DNA of 64,000 nt, from contig JAIBFA010000005.1 in the NCBI GenBank assembly GCA_019459325.1, forward strand, positions 2,459-66,458, read 5' to 3'. The notes below the pieces were generated by a model that saw nothing but the letters and a program-made list of their open reading frames with translations, was not told where the DNA came from and made no database searches. Numbering within the stretch: position 1 is the stretch's first letter; every line of letters starts with the position of its first letter. This DNA comes from Thiobacillus sp. GTDB taxonomy: Bacteria; Pseudomonadota; Gammaproteobacteria; Burkholderiales; Thiobacillaceae. This document shows, in pieces, positions 48,752 to 60,179 of the stretch. Position numbers and translations under genes: made by a program.

Positions 48752-49324
48752 GTGCAACCTGCCGCGCTCGAAAATCTGATTGGCGCCTTGCGCGTGCTGC
48801 CCGGGGTCGGCCCCAAGTCGGCCGCACGCATGGCCTATCATCTGCTGCAGCGCGACCGGCGCGGTGCCGAGGCGCTGGCAGGGGCGTTGCATCACGCGCT
48901 GACGCACCTGCACCATTGCCGGCTGTGCAACAACTTTTCCGAGGCGGAGGTGTGCGAGGTCTGCGCCAGCCCGCGCCGCGACAAGCGGCAGCTTGCGGTG
49001 GTCGAAATGCCGGCCGACTTCAACATGATGGAGGCCACGCAGAGCTACAGCGGTTTGTATTTCGTGCTGATGGGACGCCTCTCCCCGCTCGACGGCATCG
49101 GCCCGCGCGAGATCCATCTCGACCGCCTGATCAACCGCGCGCTCGACGGAGTGGTCGAGGAGGTGATCCTGGCGACCAACTTCACGCCGGAAGGCGAAGC
49201 CACCGCACACACCATCGGCGAACTTCTGAAGGCGCGCGGTCTCAAGGTCAGCCGGCTGGCGCGCGGGGTGCCGGTGGGCGGCGAACTGGAATATGTGGAC
49301 AGCGGCACCCTGGCGCAGGCCGTA

Positions 49325-49345
<21 letters not shown>
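48752..49345 (+). CDS. recR: Recombination mediator RecR
   Basis: [10 protein letters not shown]4 zinc finger, Toprim [23 protein letters not shown]. Confidence 0.95.
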
Positions 49346-50798
<1,453 letters not shown>

Positions 50799-50852
50799 GA
50801 CGGTCTGAGTGAGCCGGGTTGATGCAAGCCAGCAGATTGAAGCGGAGCCCCC

Positions 50853-51695
50853 ATGTCTGAACATGACCTCGATGTCGGCCTGGCCGACTTTCCGCAACAC
50901 GTGCTCGAGGAGTCTAAGCGTCGCCCGGTGGTGGTCGATTTCTGGGCGCCCTGGTGTGGTCCGTGCAAATCGCTGAAGCCCGTTCTGGAGAAACTCGCGG
51001 CCGAATATGGCGGCAAGTTCTTGCTCGCCAAGATCAACTCGGACGAGAATCAGGAACTCGCTGCGCGCTACGGCGTGCGCGGCATTCCCAGCGTCAAGGC
51101 GTTCATCGACGGCGAGCCGGTCGACGAGTTTTCCGGCGCGCTGCCTGAAGGAGAGGTGCGTGCCTTCCTCGATCGCCTGATCCCCGGTCCGGCTGATGAA
51201 TTGCGCGCCCAGGCCGCCGAATTGCGTGTTGCGGGCGACCTGTCGGGGGCGCTGCAGAAGCTGGCCGATGCGTCGAGAATCGACCCCGCCCATATCGGGG
51301 TGCGGCTCGATGCGGCTGAAATCATGCTCGACCTGAATGAAGCGGACGAGGCGCAGCGTCTGATGGGAAGCCTGCCGGATGATGCCGACCCGCGCGTTCC
51401 GCAAATGAAGGCGCGCCTGCAATTCATGGGCACGGCGGGCGAGGACGTGGCGACGTTGACGCAGCGGGTGGCGGCGAATGAAAACGATCTGGAGGCGCGG
51501 CTGAAACTCGCCAACCTGCTGGTCGCCGCTGGGCAGTATGAAGCGGGCATGGACCAGTTGCTGGAAATCGTGCGCCGAGATCGCGGCTTCGGGGACGACA
51601 TCGGCCGCAAGACCCTGCTGGCGGTATTCAACCTGCTGGATGGCGACGAACGGGTGAGCCGCTACCGGCGCCTGCTGGCGAGCGCGTTGTACTGA
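50853..51695 (+). CDS. cnoX: Thioredoxin-TPR chaperedoxin (YbbN/CnoX)
   Basis: DFWAPWCGPC, TPR region, C-terminal YRRLLASALY. Confidence 0.88.
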   Translation: MSEHDLDVGLADFPQHVLEESKRRPVVVDFWAPWCGPCKSLKPVLEKLAAEYGGKFLLAKINSDENQELAARYGVRGIPSVKAFIDGEPVDEFSGALPEGEVRAFLDRLIPGPADELRAQAAELRVAGDLSGALQKLADASRIDPAHIGVRLDAAEIMLDLNEADEAQRLMGSLPDDADPRVPQMKARLQFMGTAGEDVATLTQRVAANENDLEARLKLANLLVAAGQYEAGMDQLLEIVRRDRGFGDDIGRKTLLAVFNLLDGDERVSRYRRLLASALY

Positions 51696-51703
51696 GTCTT
51701 CCT

Positions 51704-51728
51704 GCGTTCATGCCTTGCGCATGAACGC
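51704..51728. terminator. Hairpin between convergent genes
   Basis: GCGTTCATGC-CTTGC-GCATGAACGC; no clear U tract. Confidence 0.4.
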
Positions 51729-51743
51729 GCCCAGTCCCTTGTC

Positions 51744-52142
51744 TTACTCTCCGGTGTAGATCGACACCGCGGCGATTTCCGCATCGCTGAGGCCGGCCAC
51801 CGCCGCAGCCATTACCGCGGTTTGCGCGCCCGCAGCTTTGCCGGCGCGGTAGTCATGCAGTTTCTGCTGCATCGCTATGGGCGTCAGTCCCCTGAGGGCG
51901 GGATTCTTGGCGATTCCCTGTCCCAGGTTGCCATGGCAGGCCACACACTTGGCGGTATAGACATCCAGCCCGTAAGGCTGGGCCTCGGGCGGCAACGCGG
52001 CCAGAATGTCGGATGGATGGGTCAGGGCGGATGCGGCGGATTCCGCCTGCGGCGCGTTTTCGCTGGTGGGCGCAGTGGCGTCGCCACAGGCGGCAAGGGC
52101 CGCACACAACAACAGGATCAAGCCAGGATGGATGGGGTTCAT
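51744..52142 (-). CDS. Monoheme c-type cytochrome lipoprotein (c553-like)
   Basis: LAAC lipobox, CVACH, distal Met in VMAA. Confidence 0.85.
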   Translation of the reverse strand: MNPIHPGLILLLCAALAACGDATAPTSENAPQAESAASALTHPSDILAALPPEAQPYGLDVYTAKCVACHGNLGQGIAKNPALRGLTPIAMQQKLHDYRAGKAAGAQTAVMAAAVAGLSDAEIAAVSIYTGE

Positions 52143-52240
52143 GTGACCTCTTGAAATCGATCGGGCGGCGCGTGGTCACCGCATTGGAATTGATCGGGCG
52201 GGAAGCTGGCCCGCATCGGTCACAATTCTGTCACATTTTG

Positions 52241-52801
52241 TCAGTCGATGGCCTGATAGCGCACTTCGACGATTTCCACCTCGCGCCGGCCTTCAGGGGT
52301 CTGCACGCTGACGGTGTCGCCCTCGCGCGCCTTCAGCAGTGCGCGCGCCATGGGCGAAATCCAGGCGATGCGGCCGCGCCCGGCATCGGCCTCGTCGATC
52401 CCGACGATGGCGTAGGTGGATTCGTGGCCTTGCGGGTCCGCGACGGTGACCGTCGCACCGAAGAACACCTGATCGGTGTCCTCGCGAGTGGCGGGGTCGA
52501 CGACCTCGGCGTGCTCGAGCCGCTTGGACAGAAAGCGGATGCGGCGGTCGACTTCGCGCAGGCGCTTCTTGCCGTAGATGTAATCGCCGTTTTCCGAACG
52601 GTCGCCGTTGCTCGCCGCCCACGAGATGGTTTCCACCAGCTTGGGCCGCTCGACTTTCCACAGTTGATTGAATTCGGCATCGAGCTGCGCGTAGCCGGCC
52701 GGGGTCATGTAATTCTTCGACCCGGCGGGCAATGCCGGTGCCGCGACGTCATCCTCGTCGAGCTCGGGCGCATCGGATTCCTTGACGAAGGCTTTGTTCA
52801 T
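52241..52801 (-). CDS. greB: Transcription elongation factor GreB
   Basis: WAASNGDRSENGDYIYGKKRLRE, WISPMARAL. Confidence 0.94.
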   Translation of the reverse strand: MNKAFVKESDAPELDEDDVAAPALPAGSKNYMTPAGYAQLDAEFNQLWKVERPKLVETISWAASNGDRSENGDYIYGKKRLREVDRRIRFLSKRLEHAEVVDPATREDTDQVFFGATVTVADPQGHESTYAIVGIDEADAGRGRIAWISPMARALLKAREGDTVSVQTPEGRREVEIVEVRYQAID

Positions 52802-52998
52802 CGGCCAAATAAATACGCAAGCAGCGTGAGCAGTAGCGACATGAGAACGACGCTGGTGAAGGGGAAATAAAACGTGCCGCGCGCGCGCTTCACCCGCAGG
52901 TCACCCGGCAGCCGACCCAGCCCCAGGTGGTTGAGCCAGGGGGTGAGCAGTCCCAGCACCAGCAGGGCTGCAACGAGCGTGATCAGCCATTTCAGCAT
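52798..52998 (-). CDS. DUF2905-family small membrane protein
   Basis: LGRLPGD..FYFPFTS motif. Confidence 0.85.
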   Translation of the reverse strand: MLKWLITLVAALLVLGLLTPWLNHLGLGRLPGDLRVKRARGTFYFPFTSVVLMSLLLTLLAYLFGR

Positions 52999-53002
52999 GC
53001 GG

Positions 53003-53206
53003 CTATTGCTGCGCGGCCTCGTCCATTTGTTTGCGTTGCGCCTCCGCTGCTTCCTTCACCTGCCCTTCCACCGCACGCGCCTTTTCAATCGCCTGGATCT
53101 GCGTTTCGAAAACCGGGTTGGGTGGGCGTTCGGTTTCGGGCTGGGGCGGCGGACTGGGATCGCAGGCGGTCAGGATCAAGCCGAGGGGAATCAGGATCCG
53201 TTTCAT
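53003..53206 (-). CDS. Small hypothetical lipoprotein
   Basis: MKRILIPLGLILTAC lipobox, GGAGG RBS, ATGA overlap. Confidence 0.7.
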   Translation of the reverse strand: MKRILIPLGLILTACDPSPPPQPETERPPNPVFETQIQAIEKARAVEGQVKEAAEAQRKQMDEAAQQ

Positions 53207-53757
53207 CGTGCATCCTCCGTCATCAGTCCAGTGGGCAGGCCGTCGATGCTGACCTGGTTTTTCTCGCGCCAGTAATCGAGCAAGCCCACCGTGCCTTTCT
53301 TCTCGGCCCAGCGTGCCAGGGTGTCGCGCTCGCCCTGATAGGCATACTTCGGCACGGCGTAGCCGCACGAGGTTTGTACCGATTCGACGTCGAGCACGAT
53401 GATCTGGCGTTCGCCTGGGAGGGCGGGAAAATGACGGCGCAATTCGCCCCATTCGGCGTCCTGCCGGCGCACCGCACGGCCGCGTCCGTACAGGCGCAGG
53501 ATCAGCGGGTCGGCGTCGAAGCTGCACCACATCAGCGTCAGGCGGCCATCGTGTTTCAGGTGGGCGGCGGTCTCGTTGCCGCTGCCGGTGAGGTCGAGAT
53601 AGGCCACGCGTTTCGCATCGATGACGCGCAGGCTGTCCATGCCCTTGGGCGACAGGTTGAGCCGGCTGTCGGCGGTGCCGCTGGCCGTGAAAAAGAGTCT
53701 CTGCGCGGCGATGAAGTCGCGGTGCCTGGCTTCGAGTGCGGGATAGAAGCGTGCCAT
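53203..53757 (-). CDS. Pyridoxamine 5'-phosphate oxidase-family FMN-binding protein
   Basis: NLSPKG, YLDLTGSGNET, ILRLYGRG, QTSCGYAVP; start MARF at 53757. Confidence 0.85.
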   Translation of the reverse strand: MARFYPALEARHRDFIAAQRLFFTASGTADSRLNLSPKGMDSLRVIDAKRVAYLDLTGSGNETAAHLKHDGRLTLMWCSFDADPLILRLYGRGRAVRRQDAEWGELRRHFPALPGERQIIVLDVESVQTSCGYAVPKYAYQGERDTLARWAEKKGTVGLLDYWREKNQVSIDGLPTGLMTEDAR

Positions 53758-54335
53758 CAGTTGATCTGCTTTTTTAGGAATTCGGCGAGGATGCGCAGGC
53801 GCGTCACGCTGTCGTTCATTTCCAGCAGGTTTTGCTTGATGGAGAGTTTCAGCGGCAGCACCTCGGACAGCCTGTAGCCCACCCACACGGCATTGTCGAA
53901 TTCGTGCGGCGCGGGAAAATGCGCGTCGCCGTATTCGTCGATGATGTGGCGCAGGATTTCGACGGCAAGCTCGAGATCGTCGGGCACGGCTGTGGCGACT
54001 TCGCTGCTGACCGCCTCCACGGTGCCGATGAGCAGGCCGTTGGGTTCGGTACGGGTGCTGCGGACGACAAAGCGTTCCTGTGCGCGGGTGTCGATGTGCA
54101 GGATGCCGGTCTGCGGCATGTCCCAGTCGGTGACGCGCACGTGGGTGCCGACGGCGTAGGGGACGGCGAGGGTGCCGGTCTCTGCGCCTTCTTTAATGGC
54201 GCAGATGCCGAACGGCGTATTGTCGGCGATGGCCTGCTTGACCATGTCGAGATAACGCTGTTCGAAAATGCGCAGCGGCAACTGCCCGCCGGGAAACACC
54301 ACCGTATTGAGCGGAAAGAGCGGGAGGGCGGTCAT
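53757..54335 (-). CDS. LON peptidase N-terminal substrate-binding domain protein
   Basis: [27 protein letters not shown]. Confidence 0.88.
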   Translation of the reverse strand: MTALPLFPLNTVVFPGGQLPLRIFEQRYLDMVKQAIADNTPFGICAIKEGAETGTLAVPYAVGTHVRVTDWDMPQTGILHIDTRAQERFVVRSTRTEPNGLLIGTVEAVSSEVATAVPDDLELAVEILRHIIDEYGDAHFPAPHEFDNAVWVGYRLSEVLPLKLSIKQNLLEMNDSVTRLRILAEFLKKQIN

Positions 54336-54949
54336 CGGTCGTCACCCCACCGCGCCATCAGTTCGTGCCGAATGCCCAACTGGTCGAGTATGCGTGCGAC
54401 GATGAAATCGATGATGGCTTCGACCGATTGCGGACGATGATAGAAGCCGGGGTTGGCAGGCAGGATCACCGCATTCATCCTCGACAGCGTCAGCATGTTT
54501 TCCAGATGTAGCGTGGAAAACGGTGCTTCGCGCGGCACGAGGATGAGCTTCCTCTGCTCTTTCAGCATCACGTCGGCGGCGCGTTCGATCAGATTGTCCG
54601 ACAGGCCGTGGGCGATGGCGGCGAGCGTGCCCATCGAACACGGGCAGACGACCATGGCATCGGCCGGATTGGAGCCGGATGCGACCGGCGCATTCCAGTC
54701 CTCGCGGCCGAACACGCGCAGCTGTCCGTCGCGTGCGTTCAGCCCCTCGGACAATTGTGTTTCGAGGTCGCTGGCTCGGGCCGGCAGTGCGACGCCGAGC
54801 TCCTGCTTCGCGACGAGGTGGGCGGCCTGTGACACCAGCAGGTATACGCGCACGTCGGCGGCCAGCAGGCATTCGAGCAGACGCAGGCCATAGGCCATGC
54901 CGGAGGCGCCGGACAGCGCCAGAGTTACGGTGTGGATGGGGGAATGCAT
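54332..54949 (-). CDS. ubiX: Flavin prenyltransferase UbiX
   Basis: [37 protein letters not shown]; start MHSP at 54949. Confidence 0.93.
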   Translation of the reverse strand: MHSPIHTVTLALSGASGMAYGLRLLECLLAADVRVYLLVSQAAHLVAKQELGVALPARASDLETQLSEGLNARDGQLRVFGREDWNAPVASGSNPADAMVVCPCSMGTLAAIAHGLSDNLIERAADVMLKEQRKLILVPREAPFSTLHLENMLTLSRMNAVILPANPGFYHRPQSVEAIIDFIVARILDQLGIRHELMARWGDDR

Positions 54950-55485
54950 GACGCGGATTGTCGCCCGGATGATGCAGGACCGGCAAGCAGACGCGCCACG
55001 ATCACGCCGTTCACCGCCCCGAAAATCAGGGCGGCTGCGGCAAACACCGGCAGCAGCGTGATCACTGCGGCACTGGGCAACAACCACCAGCCCGCCAGCG
55101 CGAGCTGCCCGCCGATATGGCCGAACGCGGCCACGACCGACAGGCTGACCGGCCCGAAATAACGGCTGGGCAGATGGCGCGCCAGCGCCAGGACCGCCAG
55201 GCTCGCAAGCGCACCGGCGGTCGACAGCCAGAAACCCGGAGCGAACAGGCTCCCTAACAGCAGACCGCCGCCCAACACGCGCAGGGCCGACACCCACGCC
55301 GCCGCGCGCCAGCCGTATTGCAGCAGCACCAGCAGGATGACGATGTTGGCGAGCCCCGGTTTCACCCCGGGAACGGGACTGGGAATCGCCGCTTCGGCCA
55401 GGGTCAGGCCGATTGCCAGCGCAGCCAGCCGCGCGATGCGGCGGTCGTCCGCGCTGACCGGCAATTCAATAGCCGAGCGTGTCAT
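54925..55485 (-). CDS. Gx transporter-family membrane protein (heptaprenyl diphosphate synthase component I-like)
   Basis: [28 protein letters not shown]. Confidence 0.82.
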   Translation of the reverse strand: MTRSAIELPVSADDRRIARLAALAIGLTLAEAAIPSPVPGVKPGLANIVILLVLLQYGWRAAAWVSALRVLGGGLLLGSLFAPGFWLSTAGALASLAVLALARHLPSRYFGPVSLSVVAAFGHIGGQLALAGWWLLPSAAVITLLPVFAAAALIFGAVNGVIVARLLAGPASSGRQSASCIPPSTP

Positions 55486-55828
55486 AGGCAGACGTGCGAC
55501 CGCGGATTTCGAGGCTGACCTGATTCGGCAGGCACAGCGCCGCCTGGCCGGACCGGGTGAGCCAACCCTGCTTTACGCACAGCTGGCGGGCCGACGGGTC
55601 GGCGGACACGCGGGCGCGGCCGGGTTCGATTTCGATGTGCGTGGTGCCGAGCGGGCCGTCGACGGAAAACGATTGAGCGTGGGTGAGCGAGGTGGTTTTC
55701 ACGACCTGGCCGGCGGCGCGAATGACGGCGGTGTCGCCGTGCTGGCCGCCCCAGGCAAATACGCTCAGCCCGACGACGAGACCGCCCCCCGCCAGCAACA
55801 CGCCCACATCGCCGGCGCGCAGCAGCAT
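55466..55828 (-). CDS. NusG domain II (DUF1312) membrane-anchored protein
   Basis: N-terminal TM, GPLG, QLCVKQGW, LCLPNQV. Confidence 0.82.
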   Translation of the reverse strand: MLLRAGDVGVLLAGGGLVVGLSVFAWGGQHGDTAVIRAAGQVVKTTSLTHAQSFSVDGPLGTTHIEIEPGRARVSADPSARQLCVKQGWLTRSGQAALCLPNQVSLEIRGRTSAYDTLGY

Positions 55829-56664
55829 CAGGACAGTTCGCGGTGCCGCACCAGCACTTGCTCGCGATCGCGGAACGCGGCGGCCAGCGTTTCAGCGAAG
55901 TAGACGCTGCGGTGCTGGCCGCCGGTGCAGCCGATGGCGACCGTCAGATAGGCGCGGTGGTCGCGGATGAAGCACGGCAGCCAATTTTCGACAAAGCCGC
56001 GGATGTCGGCCAACAGTGCCATGGCATTGGGACTGGACTCGATGTAGTTTTTCACCGGCTGGTCACGCCCGGTGAGCGGGCGCAGCTCGGCGACATAGTG
56101 CGGATTGGGCAGGCAGCGCACATCGAACACCAGGTCGGCGTCGAGCGGAATGCCGTGCTTGAAGCCGAAGGACTCGAACAAGAGCGTGATGCGCGAGCGA
56201 TCTTGACCGACCAGATCCTTGATCCACAGGCGCAGGGCTGCGGCGGACAAATCGCTGGTGTCGATGCGGTGCGCCAGCAGCGCGATGTCGGCGAGCATGT
56301 CGCGTTCGAGCTGGATGGCTTCCTGCAGCGACACGCTGTCGCTGGACAGCGGATGCCGCCGCCGCGTCTCGGAAAAGCGCTTCACCAGGGTCAGCGTCTT
56401 GGCTTCGAGAAAGATCACCCTGAGGTCGGCCCCCTGTGCGCGCAGCGTCTCGGCTATCGTGGGCAGTTGCGTAAAACTCGCGCTGCTGCGCGCGTCGATG
56501 GCAATCGCGATACGCGTGTGGCCTTCGCGCGTCAGATAGTCGACCAGGGGTTGCAGCATGGCCAGCGGCAGATTGTCGACACAGTAATAGCCGATGTCTT
56601 CCAGCACCGCGATGGCGATGCTTTTGCCCGAGCCCGACAATCCGGAGACCAGAACGATCTGCAC
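55828..56664 (-). CDS. rapZ: RNase adapter RapZ
   Basis: [41 protein letters not shown]. Confidence 0.94.
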   Translation of the reverse strand: MQIVLVSGLSGSGKSIAIAVLEDIGYYCVDNLPLAMLQPLVDYLTREGHTRIAIAIDARSSASFTQLPTIAETLRAQGADLRVIFLEAKTLTLVKRFSETRRRHPLSSDSVSLQEAIQLERDMLADIALLAHRIDTSDLSAAALRLWIKDLVGQDRSRITLLFESFGFKHGIPLDADLVFDVRCLPNPHYVAELRPLTGRDQPVKNYIESSPNAMALLADIRGFVENWLPCFIRDHRAYLTVAIGCTGGQHRSVYFAETLAAAFRDREQVLVRHRELS

Positions 56665-57615
56665 TCAGTCGCTCCCGTCGATGGCGGCCTGCTGGCGCTT
56701 GATGAACTGATCGAGCGGATTGATGCCGCGGCTTTTGAGGATGTGGTTGCGTACCGCCACTTCGACCAGCACGGCAAGGTTGCGACCGGCGGCGACCGGA
56801 ACACGCACCTTGGGGATGCCTACGCCGAGTATGGTTTCGGTCGATGCCACCATGTCGAGCCGGTTGAGGCCGACTTCGCCGATTTCCTGCGGATGCACCA
56901 GCTCGACGATGAGCTTGAGGTTCTTTTGCGGCTTCACCGCCATTTCACCAAACAGGAAACGGATGTTGAGGATGCCGAGGCCGCGCACTTCCAGAAAGTC
57001 TCGGATCAGCGACGGACAGCTGCCTTCCAGCGTGTCCGGCGCAACGTGTTTCAGCTCGACGATATCGTCGGCGATCAGGCGGTGGCCGCGCGTGATGAGT
57101 TCCAGTGCCAGTTCGCTCTTGCCGACGCCGGCATCGCCCTTGATGAGCACGCCGGTACCGAGGACTTCCAGAAACACACCGTGCAGCGAAGTGGCCTCGG
57201 CCAGGCTCTGCGTCAGGTAATGCCCCAGATAGGACATCAGGATGGGACTTGCAAGCGTTGACTTGAACAAGGGCGTTTGGGTGCGCTCGGCCGCGTCGAG
57301 TAAAACCGCCGGAACGCTTTCGCCGTTGGCAACGGCGATGGCGGCCAGTTCGGTTGAAAACAGGTGGTCGATGGCGTCCTGCAGAGCGGATTCGGTCAGG
57401 CCGCGCAGATAGTCCATTTCGGCGCAGCCCAGCACCTGGACCCGGTTGGGGTGAACAAAATTCAGGTGGCCGATGAGCGCCAGGGCCGGTTGCTGGATGG
57501 TCTCGGAGGACAGGGTGCGATGGCCGCCAGTGCGCCCGGCCACCCATTGCAGGCCGAGCTGTTCTGCCAGGTCGTGGAACAGGGTTTCGACCGAAACGTT
57601 GCTGATCGCGTCCAT
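56665..57615 (-). CDS. hprK: HPr kinase/phosphorylase
   Basis: LHGVF, GDAGVGKSE, LIADD, LEVRGLGI, AAGRNL; start MDAI at 57615. Confidence 0.93.
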   Translation of the reverse strand: MDAISNVSVETLFHDLAEQLGLQWVAGRTGGHRTLSSETIQQPALALIGHLNFVHPNRVQVLGCAEMDYLRGLTESALQDAIDHLFSTELAAIAVANGESVPAVLLDAAERTQTPLFKSTLASPILMSYLGHYLTQSLAEATSLHGVFLEVLGTGVLIKGDAGVGKSELALELITRGHRLIADDIVELKHVAPDTLEGSCPSLIRDFLEVRGLGILNIRFLFGEMAVKPQKNLKLIVELVHPQEIGEVGLNRLDMVASTETILGVGIPKVRVPVAAGRNLAVLVEVAVRNHILKSRGINPLDQFIKRQQAAIDGSD

Positions 57616-57631
57616 GCGCCGGACAGTGCCC

Positions 57632-58087
57632 CTAGCTTGACCATGCGCCGAGCAGCGCAATCAGATCGGCCGGGGTGGCGGCGTCCAGCATCCTGGTTCG
57701 CATCGCCTCGTCTCCGAACAGCTGTGCCAGTTCGCCCAGAATCTGCAGATGGCGCTCGTTGGCATCCTTGGGAACCAGCAAAATGAAGCACAAGCGCACC
57801 GGCTGGTTGTCGGGCGCATCGAATTCGAGGGGGTTTTTCAGCCGGTAAAACGCGCCGCAGGCATCCTTCAGGCCCTTGATGCGGCCGTGCGGGATGGCAA
57901 TGCCATAGCCCAGTGCAGTCGAGCCCAGGCGTTCGCGTTCGAACAGGCTGGTGAAAATGTCGGTGGATTTGAGACCGTGGGTCTGGGCGAACAAGTCGGC
58001 TGCATGTTCGAACAGTTTTTTCTTGCTGGAAAAGCTCAGGTCCAGCAAGGTGGTGTCGGGGGTGATGAGGGGGGCGATTAGGTTCAT
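57632..58087 (-). CDS. ptsN: PTS nitrogen-regulatory EIIA
   Basis: RERLGST, IAIPHGR, FDAPD; start MNLI at 58087. Confidence 0.92.
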   Translation of the reverse strand: MNLIAPLITPDTTLLDLSFSSKKKLFEHAADLFAQTHGLKSTDIFTSLFERERLGSTALGYGIAIPHGRIKGLKDACGAFYRLKNPLEFDAPDNQPVRLCFILLVPKDANERHLQILGELAQLFGDEAMRTRMLDAATPADLIALLGAWSS

Positions 58088-58182
58088 GCCGGTTGCAAAG
58101 CCGGGGGAGGGGAGCCGGCGCTTGCGCAAATTATACGCCCGGAGTCTCTCCGGGCGGGCTGGTCAATTGGTACGGCTCGGCG

Positions 58183-58518
58183 TCAGGCAGCGCTTTCCGT
58201 CGGTTGATGCTTCAGACCGCCGCTGATCTGATGGACATCCGAGGTTTTTTCCTTGTGTCGGACAATCTGGCGATCCAGCTTGTCGGCCAGAAGGTCGATC
58301 GCGGCATACATGTTGCCGTCTTCGCTGTGCGCATGGAAATCATGGCCCTTGACGTGCAGCGTGGCTTCCACCTTGTGTACCAGTTTTTCCACCTGCATGA
58401 TGACCGTCACGTTGATGACGTGGTCGAAGTGGCGTTTGACGCGGTCGAGTTTCTCGGAAACGTAGTCGCGGATGGCTGGGGTCACTTCCAGGTGATGACC
58501 GGAAATCGTCAAATTCAT
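58183..58518 (-). CDS. hpf: Ribosome hibernation promoting factor
   Basis: ISGHHLEVTPA, MYAAID...KLDRQ; downstream of rpoN. Confidence 0.93.
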   Translation of the reverse strand: MNLTISGHHLEVTPAIRDYVSEKLDRVKRHFDHVINVTVIMQVEKLVHKVEATLHVKGHDFHAHSEDGNMYAAIDLLADKLDRQIVRHKEKTSDVHQISGGLKHQPTESAA

Positions 58519-58674
58519 AGAGCCTCCTAAGTCTGCTTGATAAAACTGAAAACTGGCTTTCTGTCCCGTCTCAGGAGCGACAACTTGCGCTCGATTTCAT
58601 TGTGAGACGAAAGTAGGGCACATTCAAGCGTGGCGCGGCCTTTTGGCCGGCAGGGCGGGGAAAAGCGTTTGCGA

Positions 58675-60108
58675 TCAAAGTGCGCGGCGCATGTTGGCGG
58701 GTGGAATTTGCAGCAATTCGCGATACTTCGCGACGGTGCGACGCGCCACCACGATGCCCTGCTGGCCGAGCACTTCGGCCAGCTGGCCATCGGACAGCGG
58801 TTTTTTGCTGCTTTCGGCGGCGATCAGCTGTTTGATCAGCGCCCGGATGGCGGTGGACGAGCAGGCGCCGCCGTTATCGGTGGAGACATGGCTGCCGAAG
58901 AAATACTTCAGTTCGTACAGCCCGCGCGGCGTCATCATGTATTTTTGCGTGGTGACGCGCGAAATGGTCGACTCGTGCAGCTCCACCGCGTCGGCGATTT
59001 CGCGCAGCACCAGCGGGCGCATCGCCACTTCGCCATGCTCGAAGAAATGCTTCTGGCGGTCGACGATGGCCTGCGAAACGCGCAGGATGGTGTCGAAGCG
59101 CTGCTGCACGTTTTTGATCAGCCAGCGTGCTTCCTGCAGCTGGCTGGCCAGTTGATTGCCGCCGCTTTCACGGTGGCGCGCCAGGATGTCGGCATAGACG
59201 CGGTTGACGCGCAGCTTGGGCATGGCATCGGCGTTGAGGCTGGCGATCCACATGCCCTTGACCTTGCGTACATAGACGTCGGGAATGACGTAGTGCGTTT
59301 CGTCGACGCCAAAGGCCGCGCCGGGACGGGGGTTCAGGGACAGGATCAGGGCACGCGCAGCGCGCAGCGCGGGGTCGTCGATGCCGAGCATTTTTTTCAG
59401 CTTGCCCACATCGCGCGCGGCGAGCAGATCGAGATAATGCGCAGTCAGCCGCATGGCGGCGTCGCGCGCCGGGGTGTCGGGGGGCAGGGCGCGCAGTTGC
59501 AGGGTCAGGCATTCGGCCAGGTTGCGCGCGCCGACGCCGGTCGGATCCATGTTCTGCAGGTGCTTGAGCGCGGTTTCGACCTCTTCCGGCTCGAGCTCTT
59601 CGAGCTCGCTTTGCAGACCTGCGGTGATGTCTTCCAGCGGCTGGGTGAGGAAGCCGGCCTCGTCCAGGTCGTCGATCAGCGCGGCAACCAGGGTGCGGTC
59701 GCGCAGGGTGAGCGGGCTGACGATCAATTGGTTCAGCAGGTGTTCGCGCAGAGTCGAGCCCGATATCGAACCTTGCGCATAGTCGCTGTCTTCGTCATCG
59801 CCGCCGGCGGTGCTGTAGTCGTTCCAGTCGGCGTCATCGAGTGCGGTGGCCGGTTCGGATTCGGCACTCTCGGGCTGGGGCGTTTCCGTGCTCTGCGCTT
59901 CGGCCTCTGCGGTATGGGCCGGCGCCTCGGCCGCGGCGTAGCTCGCCTCGTCTTCGTCCTCGCGCTCCAGCAGCGGGTTGTCCTGCAGCATCTGCTCCAG
60001 CTCCTGGTTCAGCTCGAGCGTCGACAACTGCAGCAGCCGGATCGACTGCTGCAGTTGAGGCGTCAGGGTGAGGTGCTGACCGAGCTTGAGTTGGAGGCTG
60101 TGTTTCAT
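58675..60108 (-). CDS. rpoN: RNA polymerase sigma-54
   Basis: LTPQLQQSIRLLQL, HESTISR, RpoN box ARRTVAKYRE. Confidence 0.97.
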   Translation of the reverse strand: MKHSLQLKLGQHLTLTPQLQQSIRLLQLSTLELNQELEQMLQDNPLLEREDEDEASYAAAEAPAHTAEAEAQSTETPQPESAESEPATALDDADWNDYSTAGGDDEDSDYAQGSISGSTLREHLLNQLIVSPLTLRDRTLVAALIDDLDEAGFLTQPLEDITAGLQSELEELEPEEVETALKHLQNMDPTGVGARNLAECLTLQLRALPPDTPARDAAMRLTAHYLDLLAARDVGKLKKMLGIDDPALRAARALILSLNPRPGAAFGVDETHYVIPDVYVRKVKGMWIASLNADAMPKLRVNRVYADILARHRESGGNQLASQLQEARWLIKNVQQRFDTILRVSQAIVDRQKHFFEHGEVAMRPLVLREIADAVELHESTISRVTTQKYMMTPRGLYELKYFFGSHVSTDNGGACSSTAIRALIKQLIAAESSKKPLSDGQLAEVLGQQGIVVARRTVAKYRELLQIPPANMRRAL

Positions 60109-60179
60109 GAAACTTGACTACGGCAAAAAGCGTGCCGGCTTGAGCCCAGTTTAACGCGATTCACGCGTGAGGACAGCTT

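Noticed and set aside
58631-58648. Sigma54 promoter near rpoN/hpf (TGGCGC...TTTGG)
   Set aside because: The -12 GC is absent and the orientation is opposite to hpf
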